Source: Leptospira sp. (lineage in GTDB: Bacteria; Spirochaetota; Leptospiria; Leptospirales; Leptospiraceae). From it: a stretch of DNA of 64,000 nucleotides. Within the stretch, counting starts at the first letter, position 1, and each line of letters starts with the position of its first letter. Position numbers and translations under genes: made by a program. Positions 30,780-40,868 of this stretch are shown one piece after another. The DNA lies in assembly GCA_034439575.1 (NCBI GenBank), contig JAWXAQ010000033.1, positions 64,001 through 128,000 on the forward strand. The letters run 5' to 3'. The notes beneath the pieces are model-generated. The model did no database searches. It was not told the DNA's origin and saw only the letters and a program-made list of their open reading frames with translations.

Positions 30780-31721
30780 ATGATCTCTACGCCTCTAGAA
30801 GTTAAGCTCCCTCCAAATGCCTCACCTCGAATGATGGAATTTTTCCTTTTGTACAGAACCTATTTAAAAATTGAGAAAAATTATTCAGAACATACCCTCT
30901 TTGCTTATTTGCGAGATTTGAAATTCTTTTTCGAATTTTGTTTAAAAGAGGAGATTGATTTTTTATCAGTGGATGTGTTAGATGTTAGGGGATATTTCGC
31001 GGATCTTAAAGCGACAAAGAAATTAGATAAACGTACTCAAAGTAGAAAACTTTCATCCCTAAGAACATTTTATAAATTTTTATTCCGCGAGGAAAAAGTT
31101 CCAGCTAATCCTATACTCTCTGTTAGTTTCCCTAAAACCAAAAAGAAACTACCAAAAAACTTTTCTCCCATTGAAACAGAAGACATCCTGGAATACAATA
31201 CAGAAGAAAAATCTACGTCACTTAATAAAAGAGATAAAGCCATAGTCGAAATTTTATACTCAACAGGGCTTCGAGTTTTTGAACTAGTTAATGCGAAAGT
31301 GAGTGATTTGAATCAAGAGCTAACAAGTCTTAAGGTTATGGGAAAACGAAAAAAAGAAAGATATGTGTTTATTGGAAAGGAAGCACAAACGGCACTACGC
31401 GAATACTTAGAAGAACGCGGAGAACAATCAAAAACAGAAGAAATATTTTTGAATCAAAGAGGTGGTAAACTTACCACTAGAGGGATTCGTTATATTCTCG
31501 CTGAAAGAAGGACCCTAATGGGAATGGAGAAGGCTATCACTCCGCATAAATTTCGTCATACCTTCGCTACTGATTTGTTAAATGCTGGTGCTGACATTCG
31601 CGCCGTACAAGAGTTACTTGGGCATTCGTCATTGTCATCGACACAAGTTTATTTGAGTGTCTCACAAGATCGTCTGAAAGAAGTCTATCGAAAAGCGCAC
31701 CCTCATGCTAAAAATCCATAA
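30780..31721 (+). CDS. xerC: Tyrosine recombinase XerC/XerD family
   Basis: Catalytic R (TGLRVFE), K (MGKRKKER), HKFRH, LLGH and Y (TQVY); N-terminal YSEHT..AY.RDL. Confidence 0.85.
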   Translation: MISTPLEVKLPPNASPRMMEFFLLYRTYLKIEKNYSEHTLFAYLRDLKFFFEFCLKEEIDFLSVDVLDVRGYFADLKATKKLDKRTQSRKLSSLRTFYKFLFREEKVPANPILSVSFPKTKKKLPKNFSPIETEDILEYNTEEKSTSLNKRDKAIVEILYSTGLRVFELVNAKVSDLNQELTSLKVMGKRKKERYVFIGKEAQTALREYLEERGEQSKTEEIFLNQRGGKLTTRGIRYILAERRTLMGMEKAITPHKFRHTFATDLLNAGADIRAVQELLGHSSLSSTQVYLSVSQDRLKEVYRKAHPHAKNP

Positions 31722-31764
31722 GGTTGCGAGTTTATAGACTTTAAACTAAAAATAAATCTATAAT

Positions 31765-33630
31765 TTAAAGTTTCCAAATATAGATTGTATCATTGCGATT
31801 TACCCAAGGCAAAGGAAATTCTATTTTTTTGACCCGAATATCATTTTCTCTTAGGTAATTTCGTAAATCTTCATCTCTGAATACAGCTTCGCTGATCGAA
31901 ATTTCGCCCGATTGTGTGACATTTTGCATTTTGGCAGCGTAATTGACTGTATTGCCAAAATAATCGATATTACTATTTAAGTTTACCGCCAAACAGTTGC
32001 CAGTATGGATGGAAACTCGTATCCTCACAGGCGTTTCTTTGTTTTCAGGATGAAACCACTTTTGCATTTCTGCAGCCGCTCTCAGAGCAAAAACAGGAGA
32101 AGGGAAGGATGCCATAATCGCATCACCTATGGTTTTAACAACCGTTCCTTTTTCTTTTGTAATCATGGAATAGGCTTTGATAAAATGTTCTCTAACCTGA
32201 AGGAATGCCCCGTGATCACCGACTAACTCATAGAACTTTGTCGAACCTACGATATCTGTAAATAGTAAAGTTTGCATTCCTATGTCTAATTGGAGATTGG
32301 TCGCTATCGCTTCTTCTGAGAAAAGGTCACGGAAATCATTGAAATTAAATAATTCTTTGGGACGAAGGCTCAATTGATCTTCTTTTCTTTCTTCTATAAC
32401 GATGGTTACGTTTTCGTCGGAATTGTTTTGAAATACAAGCCCTGGCTTAGTTTTTACTTGTATTTCATTTTCACCACTTTCATCTAACCAAACAATTTCT
32501 TTGTCTTCGAATTTATCGTTTACTTCCACCAAATTGTACTTTGGTTTTCCTTTTTTGCGGAGACGATAATACCCATTTTGTATAAGAAGATTTGAGGAAA
32601 AAACTTTTCCCGCAGGTACATTTTTATTGAGTAAAATATGTTTTTTTGTAGCAGGTTCTGCGGCACAAAAAATTTGTTTTTCAACGATGCGGACAGATGG
32701 GTGAAGATGAAACGTAATTTCAATGGAATTTTGACCAGTGGTTTCAAATTCAACTTCACATACTTCGCAATCATCCTTTTCGGGAAGATCACCTAATTTC
32801 TGTAATGAGCTACGAACCCCTCTGCAATGGGGACAAATGATATCCCAACTTAACGTGAAAATCCCTAACCTACATCCATATAGAAAAAATTTTAACAGGA
32901 TCTCAAAATCTAAATTCAATTTATGCGATAGACTTTTGATTCGTATGCGATCCAATTCATTGTCACTGGATTCTTTTAAGTATTTAAAAACTGTATCTAT
33001 GATTGATTCAGGAATGCCTTCTTTAATCAAATTGGGCCGAACCTGTTCCATTTTTTCAGGATGGGTCCAATGCACTTCCCCAATAAAAGTAGGGATGTTG
33101 TTAAGAGATTTTTTTTTGTTTAGGGCATTTGAATTAATTTCCTGAATTTCCAATTGTATGGAATCAAATGCTTTTTGAAAGTCCTCTTGTAACTTTGGCA
33201 TCGCGTATTGCAAAAGTTTTCGCATAATAAAATTCTTTGGTATCCAGCCAAAATATATAAAAAGTCTTGAACGTGAATCACCATGCGGCTCTAAAAAAAA
33301 TCGAGTCCGCAAAAAATGTCCAAAACCTTTGCTATAAATTCTACCATTGCCAATTTCTTTTAGATATTCCCATTCCCATGGAACTTCTTCCCATTCCAAA
33401 TCAAATCCTGCTTGTTTGGTGGTACCATGAAGCACTCCATTTTTTTCTTCGTATTTAAACTTGGGTAAACCCATTCTTTGGTTCAAGGAAGAAGTATCAA
33501 TCAGATAAGGCCAAATTTCTTCCCTTGTGACTTTCAATTCGAATTCAAAAAGGTAATTCAATGGTTTACTTAGTTTTAACCATTTATCTTCCCAGGGAAA
33601 TTTGTTTAATATATAATTTAAATCTATCAT
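31765..33630 (-). CDS. Class III adenylate/guanylate cyclase with SRPBCC-like and DUF5939-like (2x CxxC) domains
   Basis: LFTDIVGST, VKTIGDAIMA and DYFGNTVNYAAK; CPHCRG and CEVC; N-terminal WEEVPWEW block. Confidence 0.88.
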   Translation of the reverse strand: MIDLNYILNKFPWEDKWLKLSKPLNYLFEFELKVTREEIWPYLIDTSSLNQRMGLPKFKYEEKNGVLHGTTKQAGFDLEWEEVPWEWEYLKEIGNGRIYSKGFGHFLRTRFFLEPHGDSRSRLFIYFGWIPKNFIMRKLLQYAMPKLQEDFQKAFDSIQLEIQEINSNALNKKKSLNNIPTFIGEVHWTHPEKMEQVRPNLIKEGIPESIIDTVFKYLKESSDNELDRIRIKSLSHKLNLDFEILLKFFLYGCRLGIFTLSWDIICPHCRGVRSSLQKLGDLPEKDDCEVCEVEFETTGQNSIEITFHLHPSVRIVEKQIFCAAEPATKKHILLNKNVPAGKVFSSNLLIQNGYYRLRKKGKPKYNLVEVNDKFEDKEIVWLDESGENEIQVKTKPGLVFQNNSDENVTIVIEERKEDQLSLRPKELFNFNDFRDLFSEEAIATNLQLDIGMQTLLFTDIVGSTKFYELVGDHGAFLQVREHFIKAYSMITKEKGTVVKTIGDAIMASFPSPVFALRAAAEMQKWFHPENKETPVRIRVSIHTGNCLAVNLNSNIDYFGNTVNYAAKMQNVTQSGEISISEAVFRDEDLRNYLRENDIRVKKIEFPLPWVNRNDTIYIWKL

Positions 33631-35600
33631 AACGGACGTATGGTGGCAATTGCTTCGCCATCACTTCCTCCTTTTATTTCTAAGATACCATCTTTTTCAC
33701 TTATAACAGAACAATTGGAAGTTGTTGTTTGAATCCCATTTGGATAAACGAATCTCGGAATGACTATTTGTGTGTTTGTACTTATCTTTGTATTTACATT
33801 CCATACAAACACAAATTCGCCAGTTTTTAACTTATAAAGCATTTTAACAGGTGTTCCTTGCGTAGCTGAAGCATACGGTCTACAAAAACCTTCTATGGCC
33901 CGACCGCCACCACCATATAAATCTACTTCGGAACCTTCCATTTTCTGATCTTCCGAATAGATGCTTAAGTCTTCTTGGTTCCAACCATCACCAATCATCA
34001 AATCGTTTTTGTTAGACGCTGTATAATTCCAAAGCGTGTTATTAAGAAATAATTCGTCCATTGCATTATACATACAATTTAGGGCGCGGATATGATTTTT
34101 CCATATACTCGGTTTTCGATTTCCATTTTTCCATTTTCTGTATGCCTTACCTGCCTTTAAATCAAACGGGATCCCGAATTCGCCAATCAGTGTTGGAATA
34201 CCATTCGCAACGAGTTTACTTGCGTTTTTGATACGCGTTAGTTGGTAAACATACATTTTTTTGATTCCATTCTCACCAAATACTGGATATTTTCGAATAG
34301 GATCAATGGTTATGGGATAAAGAAATTTTTTAAAGATCAAAGTAATCAAATCATACCAATGTGTCGCATTTACAGAATTAGCTGGAAGGCTAGCGTTCCA
34401 ATTTGGTTTCATGATTCCATCTGCCGCTTCTCTTTCAGCAAAAACCATCCAGTCACTGCGCACAGCTTGGATCTTTTCGCCTACTTTGCGGATAAAGGGA
34501 ATCATATAGTCACGATCAAAATCGATTTGTTTCCCTTTTACCATTTGGAAAAAATCATTTTTTTCTATAAAGGGTGTTCCATCTTTTGTTAGCGACCATG
34601 CTCCTTCCAATTGGAATGGGTCTCCTGGTGTATTTGGTAACCAGATTGACACCTTATTTTTATTAACTTCCTTGGTTTTTGATGGTACATACCCACCTCG
34701 AAGAACAGATAATTTCAAATCTGGCAATTCAATCGTATAACCATGTGAAGAATATAAAGCATCTATCGGAGACCAAGCGAGTCCAGGTTTCGCGGGGTCT
34801 TCGGCATTACCATGTATCCCCCGATCATTCATCGCCCTTCCTATAAAACCTTTGCCTGGTTCGTTTAAAGAATCAAAACCGAGTACATGCGAGAAATCTT
34901 TGACTCGTTTTGCAATTTCTATCATACAATTCAAATAGTGATCTTGTAAGTAGTCTTGGATATTTTTACCATCAATCAAAAAATTAGGAGCAAAGTCTCT
35001 TCCCCCAAAAAATAAAGTCCATAAAATAGCATTTCCCGCATATCTATAGTTTTGTGACCAGCACATAGTAGGATAATTATTTTCTTGGCGCGTGCCTGGT
35101 TTTGTATAATCATACAAGTTTTGCATGACTATGGATGCATCTGCTTCACCTAATTTTGTAAAATCGATTCCTACTTTTTCAAAAATCCAACCTGGTGCCC
35201 CGTCGCCCCCAGACATCCTAGACCAAACATCTTGGTGAAAATCGATAAAGATATAAAATCCGTATTCACCAGCTAACTTTGTAATTTCTGTGAGATAGTC
35301 CAAGTAGGTAATATCATATTCACTCGGGCCCTTGTGTTCAATGGCTTCCCAAGTAGTGAGAAGTCTCAGGCAATTGAATCCCCATTTTTTAAGTCGAGTG
35401 AAATGTTCATTTGCTTCCGTTAGGGGAAAAGGTCGACCGACAAAGCTTACATCTTTGTGATCGGAAAAGTTGGATGGGAAATGTGTGCCCCCATTTGGAT
35501 ACGGAACCTTGGTATCACCACCTAAATTGACACCACGCAATATGATTTTCCTGCCTGATTCATCTTCAAACCATTCACCATTCGTATGTAATTTCATCAT
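33627..35600 (-). CDS. GH5 glycoside hydrolase, endoglycoceramidase/steryl-glucosidase-like
   Basis: LRGVNLGG, TWEAIEH, DFHQDVWSR.SGGDGAP, NEP acid/base, GEFG nucleophile, GDGWNQEDLS and RPY. Confidence 0.88.
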   Translation of the reverse strand: MMKLHTNGEWFEDESGRKIILRGVNLGGDTKVPYPNGGTHFPSNFSDHKDVSFVGRPFPLTEANEHFTRLKKWGFNCLRLLTTWEAIEHKGPSEYDITYLDYLTEITKLAGEYGFYIFIDFHQDVWSRMSGGDGAPGWIFEKVGIDFTKLGEADASIVMQNLYDYTKPGTRQENNYPTMCWSQNYRYAGNAILWTLFFGGRDFAPNFLIDGKNIQDYLQDHYLNCMIEIAKRVKDFSHVLGFDSLNEPGKGFIGRAMNDRGIHGNAEDPAKPGLAWSPIDALYSSHGYTIELPDLKLSVLRGGYVPSKTKEVNKNKVSIWLPNTPGDPFQLEGAWSLTKDGTPFIEKNDFFQMVKGKQIDFDRDYMIPFIRKVGEKIQAVRSDWMVFAEREAADGIMKPNWNASLPANSVNATHWYDLITLIFKKFLYPITIDPIRKYPVFGENGIKKMYVYQLTRIKNASKLVANGIPTLIGEFGIPFDLKAGKAYRKWKNGNRKPSIWKNHIRALNCMYNAMDELFLNNTLWNYTASNKNDLMIGDGWNQEDLSIYSEDQKMEGSEVDLYGGGGRAIEGFCRPYASATQGTPVKMLYKLKTGEFVFVWNVNTKISTNTQIVIPRFVYPNGIQTTTSNCSVISEKDGILEIKGGSDGEAIATIRPL

Positions 35601-36898
35601 ACAGTGATCTCATCCTTTTTATAAAACATTTGATAATAACCTAACAAAAAGAAGAAAACAATCAAAACTTCATCGTCTTGAAAATAACATTGTAATAGGC
35701 CTGATAAATAAAAGCCAGTCAGACCAAGTGTAATGTACATGGCTTGTTTTGTTACTTTTTGCATCACAAAACCATAAACGATGTTTAAGCCGAGTAAACA
35801 ATAAAGTGTGAGCGCAGGTAAACCGAAGATTGTTGCCTGATGAAAGAAATCATTATGTGAATGTCCCCTTTGCGTTACTTCATAAAAATAGGCAAGTTCA
35901 GGGTGTTCGATTTCTTTAACCTTTCGTGAAACTTCTATTTCTTTTGGATAGGCACCTGGACCAATGCCAAAGATGGGATTTTTTAAAATCAAAGGGAAGG
36001 TTGAATCCCAAATAAATGTTCTACCTGAATCTGTGTGTTTTTCTGAACCAAACAGAGGTTGTATGACTTTTTGGATCGCTTTCGATTGAGAATAAGATAT
36101 GCCGAGTAGAATGATGATAACCAAAAGAGAGATTCCCAATCTTTTGATTAATTTTCCAGAAAATTCTTTTTCCAAAAATACTAAAATATAAATGCCAAGC
36201 ATAACACTGAATAATGAACCTAACATAGCGGAGCGGGCGCTGTTTAGGAGGAAAACAAAACTAATCATAATTAGCGCAAAGTAATATAAAACTTTAATGT
36301 ATTTTGGCGCATTGGATTTCCATTTGTCATAAGCGGAAAAGAAAAAATAGGGATACACAAAGGATAGTAATCCACCAAACGTTAGGTGGGTGTTCATTAG
36401 GCCAATTGGTAAATATAGATTGGTTTTTAAAAAACTTCCATAGTGATGTTGGTAAGGCCAAGTAGCAGAAGTTTTGTACAAATCGGAAATCAACCGAGAA
36501 AGACGAATTGGCGAAAAGACGGAAACCAAACCCGAAATGAGAATTAGAAAGGAAAAAACGATAAATGCTTTTGTGACTTTGTCCCTATCTTCTTTTTTAA
36601 TTCCTTGGACTAAAAAGAATGCAGAAAGCAAGATCATATCTTTCAGCTCACCTTTCCAGGCTAAGATCAGAATTTCACGATCGAAGCCATTTGCAATTTG
36701 ATGGTATAGAAAGGAACTGAGTTGCCATCCATAAAATAGAATCAAAATCAAAAGAATGGGGGATCGGTAATTTGGTTTGTCTTTTTGAAACCAAAATGTA
36801 ATGAATGCGAGAAATAAAAAAAGCTGGCTCAAGGAAACAGAGATCGCGCAGGAAATGATGGACAAACAAACAAAGAATACATAGGCTCGGTATAACAT
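35597..36898 (-). CDS. O-antigen ligase family membrane protein
   Basis: Multi-TM; SARSA, GR.FIW...P.FGIGPG and HSHNDF motifs. Confidence 0.85.
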   Translation of the reverse strand: MLYRAYVFFVCLSIISCAISVSLSQLFLFLAFITFWFQKDKPNYRSPILLILILFYGWQLSSFLYHQIANGFDREILILAWKGELKDMILLSAFFLVQGIKKEDRDKVTKAFIVFSFLILISGLVSVFSPIRLSRLISDLYKTSATWPYQHHYGSFLKTNLYLPIGLMNTHLTFGGLLSFVYPYFFFSAYDKWKSNAPKYIKVLYYFALIMISFVFLLNSARSAMLGSLFSVMLGIYILVFLEKEFSGKLIKRLGISLLVIIILLGISYSQSKAIQKVIQPLFGSEKHTDSGRTFIWDSTFPLILKNPIFGIGPGAYPKEIEVSRKVKEIEHPELAYFYEVTQRGHSHNDFFHQATIFGLPALTLYCLLGLNIVYGFVMQKVTKQAMYITLGLTGFYLSGLLQCYFQDDEVLIVFFFLLGYYQMFYKKDEITV

Positions 36899-36948
36899 TT
36901 CTGTAACTTAGAGTATAGATATGATTCATTTTGTAAAGAGGTTCCGCC

Positions 36949-38232
36949 TTGAGAGTTCTTTATTTTTCAGATACTTTTTTACCAAAAACCGACGGAGTTG
37001 CGGTTTCCATTAAGAACTTTTCAGAGCTTCTGACCTTAAGGGGTCACGAATTTACCATCTGCGCCCCTCGGTATGGCGAAGACGATTTTGAACGGATGGG
37101 TGATAATATCCAAGTGATTCGATTTCGTTCAGGATACTTGCCGTCTTATCCTGATATCAAAGTCGTATTGCCCTCTCCTGGGAAAATCAAAAAAGTGATC
37201 GAAGAATTCAAACCCGATTTGATTCACATTCACACGCCAGGATTACTCGGATTGTATGCGATCAATGCGGCAGAAAGATATGGCATTCCCTCGATTGGCA
37301 CCTATCATACGTTAATGGCGGAACAAGAAATGTATGTTTCGTTCTATCGTCTTTTTAAAATGGATAAATTATTTTTTAAGATCAATAAGTTTAAAAAGAA
37401 ACTGAATATTGATGAGTTGGATAAATATGTAAAATTTGATAATTTTAATATTCGAAAAAAAATCATTCTTAAAATTTGTAACGATTTATATAACAGATGT
37501 GATGTGGTTATTTCCCCAAGTCATCTCATCAAAAAACAGCTCATTGAATACGGTATCAATCGTCCCATCACCGTCGTTTCCAATGGAATGGACTTAAAAC
37601 GATTTACAGGCAAAGTGAAAAGCCTAAATAAAGAAGCACCAAAACTCTTACATGTGGGTCGTATTTCCTATGAAAAAAATTGTGATGTTGTGATCAATGC
37701 CTTCAAATTGATTTTAGAATCCTTTCCACAAGCAACACTTACCATCATTGGGGAAGGGCCTGCCATTGAATCATTACAAAGACAAGCAGAACATTTAGAA
37801 ATTCAATCCTCAGTTATTTTCACAGGATTTGTTCCGAATGCAGAGTTGCACAATGTATATCCAAAATACGATTTATTTTTGACAGCTTCGACTATGGAAA
37901 CACAAGGTTTGGTTGTATTAGAAGCGATAGCTTGTGGGGTTCCGGCTGTGGGTGTGGATTCATTCGCATTACCAGAACTCATTCAAGATGGAAAAAATGG
38001 ATACATTGCACCACCTTTTGATGTGAAACGTTTAGCAGAGATGTCCATTAAACTTCTGTCAGACGAAAAACAGTATAAAGAGTTTTCCAAAAATTCTATA
38101 GCAATCGCCTCTGAACATGCAATGGAAAGATGTGTAGATGATATGGAATCTGTTTATGAAAAAGTTGTCGAAGCCATGAAAGGCAAAGAGAAAAAAACAA
38201 GCCTCTTTGACCTTCTAATGGATTTTATGTAA
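36949..38232 (+). CDS. GT4 glycosyltransferase (glycolipid-synthase-like)
   Basis: [27 protein letters not shown] and [10 protein letters not shown]. Confidence 0.9.
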   Translation: MRVLYFSDTFLPKTDGVAVSIKNFSELLTLRGHEFTICAPRYGEDDFERMGDNIQVIRFRSGYLPSYPDIKVVLPSPGKIKKVIEEFKPDLIHIHTPGLLGLYAINAAERYGIPSIGTYHTLMAEQEMYVSFYRLFKMDKLFFKINKFKKKLNIDELDKYVKFDNFNIRKKIILKICNDLYNRCDVVISPSHLIKKQLIEYGINRPITVVSNGMDLKRFTGKVKSLNKEAPKLLHVGRISYEKNCDVVINAFKLILESFPQATLTIIGEGPAIESLQRQAEHLEIQSSVIFTGFVPNAELHNVYPKYDLFLTASTMETQGLVVLEAIACGVPAVGVDSFALPELIQDGKNGYIAPPFDVKRLAEMSIKLLSDEKQYKEFSKNSIAIASEHAMERCVDDMESVYEKVVEAMKGKEKKTSLFDLLMDFM

Positions 38233-38235
38233 AAA

Positions 38236-38667
38236 TCAACATTCGCCTTTGAGAGTGATGAGCAATTTGGAATTTTTCCAATTTTTTCCAAGTTTGGTTT
38301 CTAGTTCTTGTTTCATCAAACTATGAACCTTACTTTCAGTCTCAGCATCTAAATAAACGTCTATGATTTCACCTGTGGCTTCATTCAGTGCATGGTGATG
38401 TCTATCCAAATTGGAGTCATAAAGTGTGATTCCATTTTTGAGATCAAGTGTCCCTATAACACCTTTCTCAGAGAACAGTTTTAAGTTATTAAATACCGTT
38501 GCTCTTGATGCATGAGGGAAGTGGGTATTTACCAAATGAAATACATCCTCTGCCGTCAAATGTTGGTTAGCTGAAAGTATTAAATGAGCCATTTCCAATC
38601 TTTGGGAAGTTGGTCGAATCCCATAGGCTTCTAGGGTTTCTTTGGTTTTTTGGTAATTTGCATCCAT
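38236..38667 (-). CDS. perR: Peroxide stress regulator PerR (PerRA-like, Fur family, no CxxC Zn site)
   Basis: QRLEMA..IL...QHLTA, FPHASRATVFNNLKLF and YDSN..HHHA...TGEI.D closely resemble L. interrogans PerRA as I recall it; ATG 38667 has AGGAGT upstream. Confidence 0.88.
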   Translation of the reverse strand: MDANYQKTKETLEAYGIRPTSQRLEMAHLILSANQHLTAEDVFHLVNTHFPHASRATVFNNLKLFSEKGVIGTLDLKNGITLYDSNLDRHHHALNEATGEIIDVYLDAETESKVHSLMKQELETKLGKNWKNSKLLITLKGEC

Positions 38668-38706
38668 TTCTTTCAACACTCCTACTTTCCTTTTTTTTGT
38701 CAATTA

Positions 38707-38766
38707 TTAGACTTAATCTAAAAAAAGTGCTTGTCTAATTATAAATTATATTTAGATTAAGTCTAA
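38707..38766. promoter_or_regulatory. Pair of 7-1-7 palindromic boxes, candidate PerR operators
   Basis: TTAGACTTAATCTAA (38707-38721) and TTAGATTAAGTCTAA (38752-38766) are exact reverse complements and lie between divergent perR and ank-katE. Confidence 0.65.
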
Positions 38767-38822
38767 ATTTATATCAAGTTTTGAATTGTGCTCTTTTGGG
38801 CATAAGGAAAAGGAAAGCAGAA

Positions 38823-39380
38823 ATGGTCAAAATGGGAATTGAAAGCCAAGCGGCAGAAACAGCATCCACCTGGGAAACCTATAAAAAAACGGCAATTCCG
38901 CCTAAGGATTCAGATCATTTTGTATTTGAAATGGCAAGGAAGGGGGATCTTTCGCGCTTTTTGCAATTGGATGAACCGAGATGTTTCATTCACACGCGAA
39001 ATGAGAAAGGGCACACACTGCTCATGCTTGCTTGCTATCATGGCCACCTTTCCTTCGCTGAAACTTTAATTGCTCTGGGCAGTGATGTAAACTCAGTGGA
39101 TGACTCTGGAAATTCAATACTTATGGGAGTTTCCTTTAAAGGTCACCTAGATATTGTTAAAGCTCTCGTTTTTGCGGGTGCAGATGTATCATACAAAAAA
39201 CCTAAAGGGCAATCCGCATTCGACTATTCCGTGTTATTTGGCAGAAAGGAAGTTAGTGAATTTTTAGCTAAAAATATTGTGAACCATCAAAAATCCCATA
39301 GTCAAATTTTATCATGGATCAAATTTTTTTATATTACAGCTCGTCATTTTTTCTCAATCAAAAGCAGTAAGGAGGCTTAA
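38823..39380 (+). CDS. Ankyrin-repeat protein associated with catalase
   Basis: [26 protein letters not shown] and [12 protein letters not shown] repeats; 1-nt gap to the catalase gene. Confidence 0.9.
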   Translation: MVKMGIESQAAETASTWETYKKTAIPPKDSDHFVFEMARKGDLSRFLQLDEPRCFIHTRNEKGHTLLMLACYHGHLSFAETLIALGSDVNSVDDSGNSILMGVSFKGHLDIVKALVFAGADVSYKKPKGQSAFDYSVLFGRKEVSEFLAKNIVNHQKSHSQILSWIKFFYITARHFFSIKSSKEA

Positions 39381-39381
39381 A

Positions 39382-40809
39382 ATGAGTACAAACCAATTAA
39401 CAACCGCAGGTGGACAACCAGTTTCGGAAAACCAACACAGTCTAACAGCTGGACCAAATGGCCCAGTTTTATTGCAGGACACACATTTATTAGAGAAACT
39501 TGCCCATTTCAATAGAGAAAGAATTCCAGAACGTGTAGTACATGCAAAAGGTGCGGGAGCTTATGGAGTATTTCGTTTAACAAAAGATATGTCCGAATAT
39601 TCTATTGCAAATGTTTTGCAAAGAGTAGGTAAGGAAACGCCCATCTTTTTAAGATTCTCAACTGTGGCTGGAGAAAAGGGATCGGCAGATACAGAAAGAG
39701 ACCCTCGTGGATTCGCTGTTAAATTTTACACAGAAGATGGAATTTGGGATGTCGTCGGAAACAACACTCCCGTTTTTTTTGAACGAGATCCTTTGAAGTT
39801 TCCCGATTTCATTCACTCTCAAAAAAGAGATCCTTTCACAGGTTATAAGAATCCAGTGAGAATGTGGGACTATTGGGCAAAGTCACCAGAAGCACTTCAC
39901 CAAATGACTATATTGTTTAGTGATCGTGGGCTTCCTGATGGATACAGGTTTATGCATGGGTTCGGATCTCATACATTTAGTTTGTGGAATGCGAAAGGAG
40001 AAAGGTATTGGGTAAAATTTCATTTTAAATCCAAACAAGGAATTAAAAACCTTAGCCCAGAAAAAGCCGCTGCACTTGCAGGAACTGATCCGGATTATGC
40101 GACAAGAGATCTATATGAAGCAATAGAAAGAAAAGAGTTTCCAAAATGGAAAGTTTGTTTGCAGATCATGCCAGAAAAAGAAGCTGAAACTTATTCTGTG
40201 AATCCGTTTGACCTAACAAAAACTTGGTCACATAAAGATTATCCTTTGGTAGAAATCGGTGAATTGGAATTAAATAAAAATCCTAGGAACTATTTTTTTG
40301 AAGTGGAACAATCGGCTTTTAGTCCCTCAAATTTAGTTCCAGGGATTGGAGCATCGCCTGATAAAATGTTGCAAGGAAGATTGTTTGCTTATCCTGATGC
40401 ACAAAGATACAGACTTGGTGGCAATTATCAGCTAATCCCCGTAAACCGACCAAAAAACAAAGTGGGGCATTACCAAAACGATGGCCTAAGATCAGAACCC
40501 GGTTTTGACTATGATAACTACGAACCAAATGGATTTAATGGTCCCGGGCAGAATCCAAAAGTAGCCGAACCGCCGCTTCACATTTCCGGTGATGCCGATA
40601 GGTACAATAGTCATAAAGGCAACGATGATTATTCGCAAGCTGGCAATTTGTATAGAATGTTAAGTATTGAAGAAAGAGATCGTATGACAACGATTATCGC
40701 AAATACGATGAAGTTTGTACCTAAGGATATCGTGAAGAAGAATGTAGATCATTTTTCAAAATGTGATCCAGAGTATGGCAAGAAGATCGCAGAAAAAGTA
40801 GGTCTATAA
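39382..40809 (+). CDS. katE: Monofunctional heme catalase
   Basis: [31 protein letters not shown] and [14 protein letters not shown] (proximal Tyr). Confidence 0.96.
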   Translation: MSTNQLTTAGGQPVSENQHSLTAGPNGPVLLQDTHLLEKLAHFNRERIPERVVHAKGAGAYGVFRLTKDMSEYSIANVLQRVGKETPIFLRFSTVAGEKGSADTERDPRGFAVKFYTEDGIWDVVGNNTPVFFERDPLKFPDFIHSQKRDPFTGYKNPVRMWDYWAKSPEALHQMTILFSDRGLPDGYRFMHGFGSHTFSLWNAKGERYWVKFHFKSKQGIKNLSPEKAAALAGTDPDYATRDLYEAIERKEFPKWKVCLQIMPEKEAETYSVNPFDLTKTWSHKDYPLVEIGELELNKNPRNYFFEVEQSAFSPSNLVPGIGASPDKMLQGRLFAYPDAQRYRLGGNYQLIPVNRPKNKVGHYQNDGLRSEPGFDYDNYEPNGFNGPGQNPKVAEPPLHISGDADRYNSHKGNDDYSQAGNLYRMLSIEERDRMTTIIANTMKFVPKDIVKKNVDHFSKCDPEYGKKIAEKVGL

Positions 40810-40819
40810 ACGAATGTTC

Positions 40820-40862
40820 GCCTGCTCTTTTGTTAGATCAAATAAGAGAGTAGGCTATTTTT
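40820..40862 (+). terminator. Terminator after katE
   Basis: GCCTGCTCT...AGAGTAGGC stem followed by TATTTTT. Confidence 0.65.
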
Positions 40863-40868
40863 CTAAAA

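Noticed and set aside
30780-31721. Tyrosine recombinase as the integrase of an island or prophage
   Set aside because: Xer-like length and motifs, next to recA, with no att repeats, tRNA or phage genes nearby.
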